Shown here piece after piece: positions 20,097-30,968 of a stretch of DNA of 64,000 nucleotides (position 1 is its first letter; each line of letters begins with the position of its first letter). Made by a program: the position numbers and the translations under genes. The notes under the pieces are model-generated. The model searched no databases. It was not told the origin of the DNA and worked only from the letters and a program-made list of their open reading frames with translations. The DNA comes from a virus: positions 19,992-83,991 of IMG/VR virus record IMGVR_UViG_3300009159_000056; one strand, given 5' to 3'.

Positions 20097-23000
20097 CTAA
20101 AACTTAATAATCAAATTAATTTTTTCTTTAGACGTGCTAGATTTAGTTATAGGAGCTATATTTTCGAAATAAACTATCGATCCACTATCTCTTACTAACT
20201 CAGGATAAATGATGGTAGAAGCTACTTGATTTCTACCAACTGCGCCACTTTGATCGCCAACAATTATATAAGTTCCTTGCTGGAATCTATTACCTTTAAC
20301 ATCGTTTAAAATTAGAACAGGATATACATTAGTAATAGTAGCAGCGATATCTACATTATTTAGTATTGTGTGACCAGCCACGAAACTACCATTTTTCGCT
20401 GTTACTCTTAAATATGTAGTATTAGCATATGTTACAAGACCTGTAGCGCCAGTAGTTTCATCAGTTATTTCATTACCGATATTAAATGAGCCGCCTTCAT
20501 CAATATTTTCATATACAATATCGATATCTTGGTCGGTATTAAATACGTAACCAGAAGCTTGAACGATATCCTGCGTAACTCTTTCGCCTACTACATAAGA
20601 ACCAGTATTAGATGTTAAAGTTAAACGTGCAACCTGAGAAAATTTTCTGCCGAAACTAGAACTAGATTCGATAGTGTTATTTACTGTGTAGATGGCTGTA
20701 ACATCTGCATAAGCATTGATAGCGGCGTCATACACCACATCATTGATGTCAAATCGACCAGAAACATCAGTAAGTTTCAGTACAGTGTTATTAGCTTCTA
20801 TTACATGACCATAAGCATTGGAAGTAATTTCAGAAACAATTTCTACGTCAGATGCAATAAAATTAGCTACATTGGCAACTATAACGTTAGCTGTAGTACC
20901 AGTAGATAAACCTATAATGTCATCAGCGCCAATATCTTCAACGAAATTACCTACAGTGTTTTTAAGATGAAGGAAAGTGCTGTTAGCAAATTCGATAATG
21001 CCAGCGGCGGAAGAATTTGATTGTACACAATATTCTCCAACTTCAAATCCAGGTCCATCAATATTTTCATATGTCAAATCAATGCGAGTGTAATTTTCGA
21101 TATGTACTGACACATCTTCAAACAATGGATTTTCGATAATACCGACTTTACGGTAGCTACCGAATACTGGGAATTTATAGCCTTCGTTTTCGCCCGTGTC
21201 AATAGTCATTGAAATACCAGCGTAACGAGCGCCTAATTCTTTATATGGATTATAACCATGACCAGATAACGGAGAAATAACAGGCTCAGCTAAAGCTCCA
21301 TAACCAAAAATATTATTAGAAGTTATGCTGATGTTAGCGTAAGTATAATTGTTACCAGGATTTAAAACAACAACGGATGTAACATCATTAGCCGAACCAA
21401 AGGTAGAGTTAACTACAGAATACGCAAGAGCACCTTCGCCATCACCAGTAATAGTAACAGCTGGTGAAATTATATATTCCGTTAGTTCGTTAGGGATACG
21501 ATAAGAAGCAATCAAATCTGCATTGGCAACTTCAACTAATTCTGGTAATGTTTTTACTGATATTCTTTGACCAGAAATAAATCTACCTTCAGGCGATTCT
21601 AATGTTATATTCGGGAAAGAAATTTGAGTATCGATATGAGCTTTTTGCAAGCTAGAAACGCCACGGATAAAATTATTTGGACCTGTTTCAAACGTACCAA
21701 TAACTGCTGATAAAATAATAGTGCTGGTATTACAGAAAGAAATAATACCATTTGCAGTTTGTTTAACATCGTTTTCGCCGACCATGTCAACTCTTTCACC
21801 TATAGTGAATAGCAAACTGTTTATCGAAGAATTGCTGTAAGTTAAAGTAACGCTAGTTAAGTTGGTATTAGAAATTATGCCATTAGCTAATGTATATGCT
21901 GCAGAAGTTGGCATGGCAGCATATGGCACAGAGTAAATACTGTTAGATGTAGCGTTTGTAGCTAATGGATAATTAACAGTAATTACACTGCTGTTAACTG
22001 CCAACACACGACGAATATTTTTAGTAGTGTCAACACCGACTCTTAGATAATCACCAACAGCAAATTCAGAAACGAATGATGGTGGAGTAGTACTGTTAGC
22101 TGTTATTACGTAAGTTAAAATAGATACATTTGCAGTAGCTGTTTCGCCAGTAAATGAATGTCCAGATTCTGTTAAACCTTTAGTAAGAGATATTGGAGTA
22201 CCACCACCGGAAGTAGATATTTTAAATCCTGAGCTATTGGCAGATACAACAAAATAATAGTTCCCGCTCGCGAGTCCCGCCAGAGCAGTATTACCAGAAG
22301 CTACAAGGTATTTTACTGTATCGTCGTTAGCGAAAAGAGAACTATTAGACCCAAGGCTAATGAAATTACTTACTGAGTTAACAGAACTGTTAGAGTTAAA
22401 ATATATTGGAGCTGGTGGATTGATAGCAATTACTGGATCTAATACATAACCACTACCGCTATTAGCGATGTTAATCGCACTGATTCTGCCTGTTGAATTA
22501 GATTGCGCATTTGCTACAGCGCCAGCGCCAACACCAGCAATTTCATCCGGATTGATAGTTATAGTTGCAATAGAATTAGCATTGTAACCAGATCCAGGAT
22601 TAATTACTACACCTGATCTTACAACATTAGTTTTAATATCTACTCTACCCGTTTTTAATACTGCACTTTGAACAGTATTGTAAAACGGTAGATTAGCTAC
22701 GAAATCAGAAGTACTTGATTTTACAGTTTTAAGTTGAGTAACATTGGCGCTAATAATTTTCCCAGTCGCAACAGTATCTGACTGTATTATGGTTTCGCCG
22801 ATATTGAAAAACCCTTTTTGATAAAGGTACGATAGTGTATCAATTCTTTGAGTTACTAGTAACCCAGTATTAAAACCAGCTTCTGTTCCGTCGAAATTAG
22901 TTAAATTTAATACTACTGAAGTTTCAAATGGTTCTGGTACAGTAACAAGTCTGTTTGGACCGTTATAGTTAATGATATTTCTTATTTGCCCGCTACCGAA

Positions 23001-23717
23001 TCCTGATTTTAAATAGATAGCAGAGTTTACATATCTACCGGTAATTGGCGATGCAGTATTAGCAATTTGAATGATATAATTACTTTGGAAATTTTGCAGA
23101 TAACCTGTATGCCATGCCTGATAGTTGTTGCCAGTATTTGAAACTTTAATAAAGTCAATTGAACCAGGAACAGCATTATCGATAACAGAACTATTTGGTG
23201 ATACAGGTATATAATATGTTGAAGTAAATTTAACATTATCGTCTGAATCTAAAGTATACATATACTTCCAAACATAACCATCAGAAGTAGAAAATACTCC
23301 ACTAGTAATATTCAGTGATGGTTTTACAGTAGATTCAGCGCCATTATTGTTGTCGATACATTTATATACTTCATTCGAATTGTTCATTACATAAAATTGT
23401 TTATCGTATAAAGCTTCGTCTGTTTGACTATACGAAGAATAAACTGTTCCAGATTCCCAATCATATCTTGGAATCATGTAAGTGATATCATTCGGAGTAA
23501 TTAGCTTACCGAATACTAAATCTTTATAGATACTTTGTTCATATGAAAAAATCGAAGGCGCAGCGGTAGGGACAGCTGTGTCATCAGGTGCACCATCAGC
23601 ATTTACCCAAGAATTAACCTTACCGAAAAAAAGATAATATGAATTACGCGAATTCTCTACGTTGTTAACGAAAGAATCGATAGTATCGATATACTGATTT
23701 ATTGTTAAAACTGCCAT
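20097..23717 (-). CDS. Baseplate wedge subunit gp8-like (extended)
   Basis: IPRYDWESGTVY...FYVMN...VYKCIDNNNG..STVKP...DGYVWKYMY; C-terminal SGSIVYFENIAPITKS...EKINLIIKF. Confidence 0.8.
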   Translation of the reverse strand: MAVLTINQYIDTIDSFVNNVENSRNSYYLFFGKVNSWVNADGAPDDTAVPTAAPSIFSYEQSIYKDLVFGKLITPNDITYMIPRYDWESGTVYSSYSQTDEALYDKQFYVMNNSNEVYKCIDNNNGAESTVKPSLNITSGVFSTSDGYVWKYMYTLDSDDNVKFTSTYYIPVSPNSSVIDNAVPGSIDFIKVSNTGNNYQAWHTGYLQNFQSNYIIQIANTASPITGRYVNSAIYLKSGFGSGQIRNIINYNGPNRLVTVPEPFETSVVLNLTNFDGTEAGFNTGLLVTQRIDTLSYLYQKGFFNIGETIIQSDTVATGKIISANVTQLKTVKSSTSDFVANLPFYNTVQSAVLKTGRVDIKTNVVRSGVVINPGSGYNANSIATITINPDEIAGVGAGAVANAQSNSTGRISAINIANSGSGYVLDPVIAINPPAPIYFNSNSSVNSVSNFISLGSNSSLFANDDTVKYLVASGNTALAGLASGNYYFVVSANSSGFKISTSGGGTPISLTKGLTESGHSFTGETATANVSILTYVITANSTTPPSFVSEFAVGDYLRVGVDTTKNIRRVLAVNSSVITVNYPLATNATSNSIYSVPYAAMPTSAAYTLANGIISNTNLTSVTLTYSNSSINSLLFTIGERVDMVGENDVKQTANGIISFCNTSTIILSAVIGTFETGPNNFIRGVSSLQKAHIDTQISFPNITLESPEGRFISGQRISVKTLPELVEVANADLIASYRIPNELTEYIISPAVTITGDGEGALAYSVVNSTFGSANDVTSVVVLNPGNNYTYANISITSNNIFGYGALAEPVISPLSGHGYNPYKELGARYAGISMTIDTGENEGYKFPVFGSYRKVGIIENPLFEDVSVHIENYTRIDLTYENIDGPGFEVGEYCVQSNSSAAGIIEFANSTFLHLKNTVGNFVEDIGADDIIGLSTGTTANVIVANVANFIASDVEIVSEITSNAYGHVIEANNTVLKLTDVSGRFDINDVVYDAAINAYADVTAIYTVNNTIESSSSFGRKFSQVARLTLTSNTGSYVVGERVTQDIVQASGYVFNTDQDIDIVYENIDEGGSFNIGNEITDETTGATGLVTYANTTYLRVTAKNGSFVAGHTILNNVDIAATITNVYPVLILNDVKGNRFQQGTYIIVGDQSGAVGRNQVASTIIYPELVRDSGSIVYFENIAPITKSSTSKEKINLIIKF

Positions 23718-23743
23718 TCTTTAATCCAATGTATTTTATCTAT

Positions 23744-25780
23744 TTATGATTGCGTAATTGAAAATGGACCAGGTATAGTATAATCGTCTGTCAAATAACT
23801 ATTTAATGCATATTTACCAAACATTTTCATTCCGCTTGGATGAATTAAATCTCTAACATACTTTTCATAAGTTTCCATCATGCGAGGCGCTACGATTTCG
23901 TATGAAAAATTCTGATAGTAATTGCTATCTTGGATATTTATAATGTCAGACAAGAAGCTCTTGTTGTTTCTCCAGTAACCATAACCTTTACCGTTCGTAT
24001 CAACAACAGTTGTGCCGCTAACGACTGTAGCATTTGTTGGGCTGCTCAAGTAAATCGTCTGATCTAAATTGTAGCCATAACCAGAGTCAACAACTTCTAC
24101 TGCAGTAACAATGCCATTAGCAGAACCAGCCTTAGTAGTGATGATAGAATTAAATCCTTGATAACCACCACGTCCATCAGCCAATTTCAAATCGTAAATG
24201 TCCGGTTCAATAACCGATACTACTGGAGGTACAGAATAACCATCTCCTGGGTTAACGTTCTTCAAGTATGCAATAGTGCCAGTTTCGAATATTCGAATAG
24301 TCAATAGTTTGTTAATTGGAGTATCTAAATTTGATAGATAGCTAATATTTACAGCATAAGGAAATTCCCAATCTGTTGTTCTTTCAGAAGTAGATATTGT
24401 TGCTGTGTATGAAGCGCATGCGCCAGTTATTTTCGAAACAGGAACAAAATAACCACTAGTTTGATTTACGATAACTTCAGATGTATTAGCTGTTACAACA
24501 CTACCGGTAGCAGTAATAGTTTTTTTAGGATAAAGATTTTTAATTTTAACTATAGCTGAACTACTGTTACTTATGAGTACAGTTCCAACTTTCAAATTCG
24601 CATTGGTCAAACTAGCATCTGATGTACTATTAGTAGTCAAGTAAATACAGTTACCGTCAACTTTATATGCAATTAAATTACTAACACCTAAATCAGTATT
24701 AGAAAAAGATTCTCCATTAGCTGCCAATCCATCAATATTTTGAACGTCGAGCGTCACGCTGTTGGCTGATGATGATACTACTTCGCCATTTATAAATGTA
24801 CCTGTTGGTGAAGTGATACCAATTTTAAATCCTTGAGCAGGATCTTCTAATGTAGTTTCTTTGAATTGATCTATTTTATCTCTTACGATCAGGTATATTT
24901 TTTTATTGGTTATATCACCAACTTCGAAATTAGCGCCAGCTCCAAACCCACCAATTACAGTAACAATAGCGTCTAATGAAAACCCTTCGCCACCATTAAC
25001 GAGGGTAAATTCTACCTTACCGTTTTCTTCGCGCACAGATGCTACACGAGCGAGACCGCCAACGCCACCAGCATCAACGTTTAAAAATTGTCCTACTTCG
25101 AAATTCGTGCCACCATTGGTGATGCTGATAGAAGAAAGCGAACCGAAAACTATAGGTGCATTATCAGATGTTATTTCAGGAAAATCTTCACAAAATATTT
25201 GTTCATTAAATTTGAAGTTGCCTTCCAAACCAGAAAGCATCAACACATTGATAGTTTGATTATTGACGATTTTAACGAAGTAAGATTCTACTGTCGCAAA
25301 TCCATCATCCTTAGAATAAATTCTTCGGCCAATCAATTCTCCAAGCAATGGATGATTTGATATTTCGATATATCTTGGGACATGCCAATCTGCTTCAGAT
25401 GGTTTGAAGATAAAATCACCTGGTATAAAAAATGTTATTTCTTCATTAAACAAAATGCGAAAGAGTAGTTCATAAGATCTCTTCGTACCTTTTGTTCTAT
25501 ATAGCTCAAGAATGTGCTTTACTAATAGCTTCTTATCGGATATAATAGATTCTGGAAGCGATGAGATATACTTATTCTTAAAGTACTTAACGAACTTTTC
25601 TGGTGTTGAATCGATGTCTTTGATGTCATAAAATGAACGAGTCATGTTTATGAAATTGTCTTGCTGCTCAGCCCATTCATAGTACGCCTTAACGAAGGCA
25701 ATGAAATTCGGTCCTTCTTCTTGATAGAAGCTAGGAAATTGCGATTCGATAAGTGGTGAGATATTTTTTTCTATACTCAT
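23744..25780 (-). CDS. Baseplate wedge subunit (gp7-like)
   Basis: ISPLIESQFPSF...FVKAYYEW; LYRTKGT..SYELLFRILF; IQDSNYYQNFSY...HPSGMKMFG. Confidence 0.75.
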   Translation of the reverse strand: MSIEKNISPLIESQFPSFYQEEGPNFIAFVKAYYEWAEQQDNFINMTRSFYDIKDIDSTPEKFVKYFKNKYISSLPESIISDKKLLVKHILELYRTKGTKRSYELLFRILFNEEITFFIPGDFIFKPSEADWHVPRYIEISNHPLLGELIGRRIYSKDDGFATVESYFVKIVNNQTINVLMLSGLEGNFKFNEQIFCEDFPEITSDNAPIVFGSLSSISITNGGTNFEVGQFLNVDAGGVGGLARVASVREENGKVEFTLVNGGEGFSLDAIVTVIGGFGAGANFEVGDITNKKIYLIVRDKIDQFKETTLEDPAQGFKIGITSPTGTFINGEVVSSSANSVTLDVQNIDGLAANGESFSNTDLGVSNLIAYKVDGNCIYLTTNSTSDASLTNANLKVGTVLISNSSSAIVKIKNLYPKKTITATGSVVTANTSEVIVNQTSGYFVPVSKITGACASYTATISTSERTTDWEFPYAVNISYLSNLDTPINKLLTIRIFETGTIAYLKNVNPGDGYSVPPVVSVIEPDIYDLKLADGRGGYQGFNSIITTKAGSANGIVTAVEVVDSGYGYNLDQTIYLSSPTNATVVSGTTVVDTNGKGYGYWRNNKSFLSDIINIQDSNYYQNFSYEIVAPRMMETYEKYVRDLIHPSGMKMFGKYALNSYLTDDYTIPGPFSITQS

Positions 25781-27603
25781 ACAGATACTACTGTGATGTT
25801 AACATTGTTTATATCTATTTCGATACTATCGTTTTTAATACCGTATACATCTTCAGATTTTGTACTCGAACGGAATTCGATTCCTGGATTACCTAAGAAA
25901 CTAAAGATAGTTAATGCATTAATACTTATTTTACCAGTATCATAATTTATCGTACCAATATCTAAGTAATTTTGCACATTCGTTGCTGTAATTTGTCTTA
26001 AGTAGACAGTGTTTTTAGTATTGGTAACATTATATGAAGTTTGTGAACCTGTTCTAACAAAGGTATCGTTTTCTGGATTATAATCAGTAAGCCTGTAGGT
26101 ATTGCCATCACTCAGCAAAAACTGACTGCTTAACAAAGTACCTGGCATTAATGCATTATTGAATGATAATGTGAAAGGCTGGCTTACATTAGTTGCAGGA
26201 GTAATTATTTTCTTGATAACGTTGTGTAACTGGATACTCTCGATGCTTTCATCAGTATTGTTTAATAGTGTAGCAAATTTCGAATATCGAAACGCTGTAT
26301 TGAAATTTAGAAGAGTAGTGTTATTGTATGATTTAATTGTCGTTAACAATAATCCTTTAATGTCAGCAGGATTTAAATTTGTACTGGCGAAATTAACAGT
26401 AGCAGTTATAGTTGGGATAATGTAAAGGAATTCTGGATCAACAATTACTGGTGTAATCGCGATTGAATTTTTATCTGATAGATATTTGACGATGTCAGCC
26501 TTAATCGATTCTGTTATAATGGTTCCAGAACGGCTTACTGGTGAAATAAACACTTTACCGTATTCGACAGAACCAACTATAGATTCGCCACCATATACAC
26601 TAACAGATTTTACTTCAGGGAAATTTTCATAAATCATATTAATATAATCGTTAATTGTAATCGCTCTGTCTTGTGTTTGATAATGTTTAGTTGCTCTAAA
26701 TCTAATTGATTCTAAAGATTCAATATCATCGCCGTCTGTAGATGGCGTAACTGTCGTGACTGTAGTTGTAGCAGCAACACTATTATACGCTCCTAGATCT
26801 TTATCGATATTGAAAGATTTAATTCCATTACCAAATGCGCCATTTGATACGCGATAAGTTACCAATATTGTTGATTGGTTTTGTGGAGCTTTGCCAAACA
26901 CACCATCACCGAATACTACTTCATAAGATCCTTCCAAAGTCGCCTGTATAAAAAACACCTTTGATGCACTAGTCAAACCATACAAATTTGTTTTTTGGGT
27001 ATACGGATAAACATCTAAACCGTCATTCTCAGACACTGTTACGTTAATGCTTGTTGTGTCAACAGTGTCATTTGATAAGATAAAACGTTGATTTTCTATT
27101 GAACTGTCAACAACAAATGCCTCGTTGATGTAAGAGCCTTCGTAGATAGCTACATTAGAAGCTCTGAATACGTTTGATACAGATGTGAGAATTTTGTTTT
27201 CATCTGTTACATATGTGAAACCGCCATTTGCATTAGTACCACTAAACTGTGTTCCCTTTGGTATTTCTAATGTATCAGCAGTTCCTTCTGTAACAGTAAT
27301 GGTAATATTTACCAGAGCTTTTGGAGATCTAGCAGATCTTGGAATGTAGTTTAGTTCTTTCGCATGCGAAACTACTGAGCTACGTAGTTGCGCAGAATCT
27401 AAGAAGGCTTCTGATATAGCCATGTTAAGATAAAATGAATTCATATACGTATTATATGAAAGAACATCTAATAGAACGTTGATGTTTGATCCTTCAAAAT
27501 CGTAATCTTTGAATACGCTTTGAGTTTTTAAGTATGTCTTTAAATTCGATTTTACTGTATCGAAATCTAATGATACGAGACTTAACGAGCTATTATTTGC
27601 CAT
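25777..27603 (-). CDS. Baseplate wedge subunit gp6
   Basis: LDFDTVKSNLK...FKDYDFEGS..NVLLDVLSYNT; FLDSAQLRSSVVSHAKELNYIPRS; YEVVFGDG; QDRAIT. Confidence 0.9.
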   Translation of the reverse strand: MANNSSLSLVSLDFDTVKSNLKTYLKTQSVFKDYDFEGSNINVLLDVLSYNTYMNSFYLNMAISEAFLDSAQLRSSVVSHAKELNYIPRSARSPKALVNITITVTEGTADTLEIPKGTQFSGTNANGGFTYVTDENKILTSVSNVFRASNVAIYEGSYINEAFVVDSSIENQRFILSNDTVDTTSINVTVSENDGLDVYPYTQKTNLYGLTSASKVFFIQATLEGSYEVVFGDGVFGKAPQNQSTILVTYRVSNGAFGNGIKSFNIDKDLGAYNSVAATTTVTTVTPSTDGDDIESLESIRFRATKHYQTQDRAITINDYINMIYENFPEVKSVSVYGGESIVGSVEYGKVFISPVSRSGTIITESIKADIVKYLSDKNSIAITPVIVDPEFLYIIPTITATVNFASTNLNPADIKGLLLTTIKSYNNTTLLNFNTAFRYSKFATLLNNTDESIESIQLHNVIKKIITPATNVSQPFTLSFNNALMPGTLLSSQFLLSDGNTYRLTDYNPENDTFVRTGSQTSYNVTNTKNTVYLRQITATNVQNYLDIGTINYDTGKISINALTIFSFLGNPGIEFRSSTKSEDVYGIKNDSIEIDINNVNITVVSV

Positions 27604-28022
27604 TATCTTACTCTTCTGAGAATTACGTTTAGCTGTATAGGAGCATTACTATTTATTAAAGAGAAAACGATGTTTACTTCAAATGCATTATTGTCGGGGC
27701 TTGGCCAAACGTTAACCTCAAGGAGTATTGCTCTTGGTTCATTTTGTGATATTGTGCTTTTGACGAAGAAATTAATGTTTTCTGCTGTGACAACATCATT
27801 AGGCTCGAACAAAGAATAACGGATATTTGAACCGATGGTTGGTTGGAATAATCTTTCGCCGAGATTAGTAAGTATCAAATTTCTGATAGACTGTTTAACA
27901 GCGTTTTCATTTGTCACTTTAGACAAGCTATGATTGAATGGATGCTGATCGAAATCGTTCAAGAAGTCTGAAAAGTAATCTTGCTTTTGGGTGGGGCTAT
28001 ATTTGTCTGCTCTTGTTGTCAT
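27603..28022 (-). CDS. Baseplate wedge subunit gp25
   Basis: AVKQSIRNLILTNLGERLFQPTIGS...EPR; start corrected to MTTRADKY at 28022. Confidence 0.9.
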   Translation of the reverse strand: MTTRADKYSPTQKQDYFSDFLNDFDQHPFNHSLSKVTNENAVKQSIRNLILTNLGERLFQPTIGSNIRYSLFEPNDVVTAENINFFVKSTISQNEPRAILLEVNVWPSPDNNAFEVNIVFSLINSNAPIQLNVILRRVR

Positions 28023-28023
28023 T

Positions 28024-28314
28024 TTATCCGCCTGCAAATACGTTAGATGAGCCAGCCGATACTGAAGTGCATCCTGTGATACCATCACCAACTCTACCAG
28101 CGCCCTTTCCATTAATGAATACTGTCGTTGAACCTGTGGTAATAGGAGCAGCGTGAGATGGACATGGATCTCCTGGAAGATCATGCGAAGTGTTATTATC
28201 GCCTTGTCTTGACCATTTTATTTTATTAACATATACATTAGGCGATCCAGCAGCTCTAGTCATTCCTGAGCAGTGAGATACGTCTGCATCACCTATTCTT
28301 GTTGCTGCCGCCAT
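28024..28314 (-). CDS. PAAR-repeat spike tip protein (gp5.4-like)
   Basis: AATRIGD..HC...GSPNVYVN...GSTTVFING..AGRVGD...GSSNVFAG. Confidence 0.9.
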   Translation of the reverse strand: MAAATRIGDADVSHCSGMTRAAGSPNVYVNKIKWSRQGDNNTSHDLPGDPCPSHAAPITTGSTTVFINGKGAGRVGDGITGCTSVSAGSSNVFAGG

Positions 28315-28511
28315 TAACGTGTTTCCCTTTTCATAAGTTCTTTCAACTTATCGTTCCATTTTTCGATCTCTTCATGCTGCTCGTGCGTATGCGGACCTTC
28401 AGGAATCTTGGGTAAAAACTGTATCACATTATCAAAAGATTCAGGTATATCCTCATATTTATCATAATCGATAAGAACACCATTTTTTAATATAGTAAAC
28501 TTGTGCGTCAT
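28314..28511 (-). CDS. Conserved hypothetical protein next to PAAR
   Basis: DIPESFDNVIQFLP..PEGPHTHEQHEEI; coupled to both neighbours. Confidence 0.7.
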   Translation of the reverse strand: MTHKFTILKNGVLIDYDKYEDIPESFDNVIQFLPKIPEGPHTHEQHEEIEKWNDKLKELMKRETR

Positions 28512-29221
28512 TTGTTGATATCGATTCGACCAGAACCACCCTTAGCCATAATTTCAATAGTAGATGCTGTTATAACAATTGTTGAAGTGCCAACCTTAAG
28601 AGTAATTTTCGTGCCGCTTTCAATTAATATATCGCTAGAAGCAAAAATTCGAGCCTTACCATCATCTATCTGTATGTCTAAATTGCCTTCTGATATATTG
28701 ATACCATACTCACCTTTGATCATATTCATTTTGTTGCCATTAACTTGGTCAACAAAATCACCAGTATAATTATGGTTTACGGATCCTGTGTGATCAGTAA
28801 TTATGTTTCCCTCGCTCGTGTGGAACATATCACCGTCAGAGTGAGTTATTTGTGAACCTTTTGTACCTGATACACTGACGCCACCACCACCTTCATATTT
28901 GTTACCAGCTATTTCAGTATGGTCGCCGCCTTGAACAGCGCTACGATTAGATCCACTTATTTTACTGTCTTGGTGACCATCAGTAGTAGATGAATGACCA
29001 TCAGCATTATATTTGTGCTGTTTACCTACAGTAACATTTACTTCAGCACCGTCAGGTCCATGACCTGTATAATTACCAGTAGGTAGCACATGAAATAATG
29101 ATTCTTTACCTGGCTCTAAACTTTTTAGTATTTGTAAAGCATGGTCCTGTACAACGTGTAAGTTAGGATACTTACCAAGAAATTGAATTTTAGGATGAGC
29201 GTTATTTGGATCATATGACAT
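28508..29221 (-). CDS. Baseplate central spike, gp5 C-terminal beta-helix part
   Basis: VxG-periodic beta repeats; ends GRIDINK; directly upstream of PAAR. Confidence 0.7.
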   Translation of the reverse strand: MSYDPNNAHPKIQFLGKYPNLHVVQDHALQILKSLEPGKESLFHVLPTGNYTGHGPDGAEVNVTVGKQHKYNADGHSSTTDGHQDSKISGSNRSAVQGGDHTEIAGNKYEGGGGVSVSGTKGSQITHSDGDMFHTSEGNIITDHTGSVNHNYTGDFVDQVNGNKMNMIKGEYGINISEGNLDIQIDDGKARIFASSDILIESGTKITLKVGTSTIVITASTIEIMAKGGSGRIDINK

Positions 29222-29231
29222 ATCTTATTCC

Positions 29232-30968
29232 TTATCCAAACGGAGAACCGACGTCTGTTGCAGCATTACCTGTTCCTCCAGGATTATCTTGTATTAGTGT
29301 TTGAGCAAGATCTGGTGTTGCTGCTGTAACAGCATCTGCAGAAGGTAAACCACTAAAATCACCATCTAAACCACTAGCACTAGTAGCTAAGTCTTTAGCA
29401 GCATTCCCAGCATCTGAAACTTTAGAAAGATCAGCTTTGTCTGCTAGATACGCTTTAATTTGAGCATCTTGCTGGGCTGGCGGTTCTGGGTCAACTGACT
29501 TCTTCATTTCTTTTTTCTTTAATGCAAGCAATGATTGGTTTTTAGTATAGTCGTTCATAGCAGCGCCAACTTTACCAACATCTAATACTGATTTAGGTAA
29601 ATGGCTTCCTATAACGTTACCGATACCACCAGCAAGTCCTGGTATAAGTTTGCTAGCTAACTTGGTAATAGATTTTAAATCTACTCCACCACCCAACACT
29701 TTCTTAAGACCATCAGCTGCTACACCTTCTAATCCTTTTGATAATGTACCTGCTATTTTATTAATGTCTCCAGGAGATAAAGTACCGCCTTGGGCTAACT
29801 TCGACATTACAGGAGCTAATCCTGATACTAGTTGTGCAGCCGACGTTGCATGAATATGATCTTGAGCAGATGCGTAATGAGGTTCGCTACCACGAAGAGT
29901 ATATGTTATTGTATTAGTTATAGGATCTTTCCACTGGATATAACCAGGATATGGTTCTCTGCCGAGAGCATGATATTGCTGAACATGAGTCGAAGGAGCT
30001 GCTATAGAAATTAATGTTTTTAAAGGTATACCGATCGCAGGATCGATCCTTGGAACAACTTGACTTATAACGTTGTTAAGTAAAGAACCATTTAATCCTT
30101 TTGGAGCCATCGCTACACCTGCGAGGGCAGAACGTAATGGACCTTGAAGGTTTGCTGGTAGAAGACCACTATTTAAAACGCCAGCTAAAGGTCCCATGAT
30201 ATTTTTCAACCCAAGATTTTTAGCAAGCTCGCCAATAGCTCCTTGAATACCACCACTTAATAGTTTAGCAATACCACCAGGACTAGTCATACTCATTATT
30301 TTTTGAACTTGGGAAAATCCATCAACAGCGTCTGGGAGTACGCGACTTAACTTGTCCGGATCTACCTGTTTAACGATATCTAACACATCGCTCTTGTCTT
30401 CTTTCTTAGCAGATGCGGTAGTAGGTTTCTTAGGCTCTTTTAATTTATCATCGACTGCTATCTTATTATCAACGCCAGTCGCTGGCGTGTATGTAGCAAT
30501 TGTTTTATATCCATCCTCATTGTTAATTTTATTAATATCGATTTTACTACCATACAAATTACTGAAAGGATAATTAGGTGTAGGATCGCTGAAGTTTTGA
30601 GCAGCTCCAGGTATGCTACCTTTTTTGATATCGATTTCTGGTATACCGTCAGTAGTTGTTCCTTCTTTTGGATCACCAGCTTTACCAAGGCTTCCAGTAA
30701 TGATTGGTAGCTGACAATCTCTGTCAAACCACTCTCCGTATACCTTTGATCCTTTAACTAACCCAAGAGGCGTCGTACCGATTTTACCGTAAGCAGCAGA
30801 AGTAATTGGTTGCATTGGGATAGCCCAATGAAGATCGGTATCTTTGATATTTTCTTTATCATCTTGTCTACCGATAATACGGATTTGCACACGTCCTGAT
30901 TGATCAGGATCATTTATGTTAACTACTTCAGCTATCCATTTATCCCAGCCAAAATCTCTTTCTGTCAT
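29232..30968 (-). CDS. Baseplate hub gp5 N-terminal OB-fold protein (no lysozyme domain seen)
   Basis: EVVNINDPDQSGRVQIRIIG...DLHWAIPMQPITSA...G..VYGEWFD...QLPIITGSL. Confidence 0.8.
   Translation of the reverse strand: MTERDFGWDKWIAEVVNINDPDQSGRVQIRIIGRQDDKENIKDTDLHWAIPMQPITSAAYGKIGTTPLGLVKGSKVYGEWFDRDCQLPIITGSLGKAGDPKEGTTTDGIPEIDIKKGSIPGAAQNFSDPTPNYPFSNLYGSKIDINKINNEDGYKTIATYTPATGVDNKIAVDDKLKEPKKPTTASAKKEDKSDVLDIVKQVDPDKLSRVLPDAVDGFSQVQKIMSMTSPGGIAKLLSGGIQGAIGELAKNLGLKNIMGPLAGVLNSGLLPANLQGPLRSALAGVAMAPKGLNGSLLNNVISQVVPRIDPAIGIPLKTLISIAAPSTHVQQYHALGREPYPGYIQWKDPITNTITYTLRGSEPHYASAQDHIHATSAAQLVSGLAPVMSKLAQGGTLSPGDINKIAGTLSKGLEGVAADGLKKVLGGGVDLKSITKLASKLIPGLAGGIGNVIGSHLPKSVLDVGKVGAAMNDYTKNQSLLALKKKEMKKSVDPEPPAQQDAQIKAYLADKADLSKVSDAGNAAKDLATSASGLDGDFSGLPSADAVTAATPDLAQTLIQDNPGGTGNAATDVGSPFG

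Noticed and set aside
27603-28184. Track start sites for gp25 (also gp32, rnh, glutaredoxin)
   Set aside because: The upstream extensions overlap other genes or leaders; downstream ATGs were used instead.
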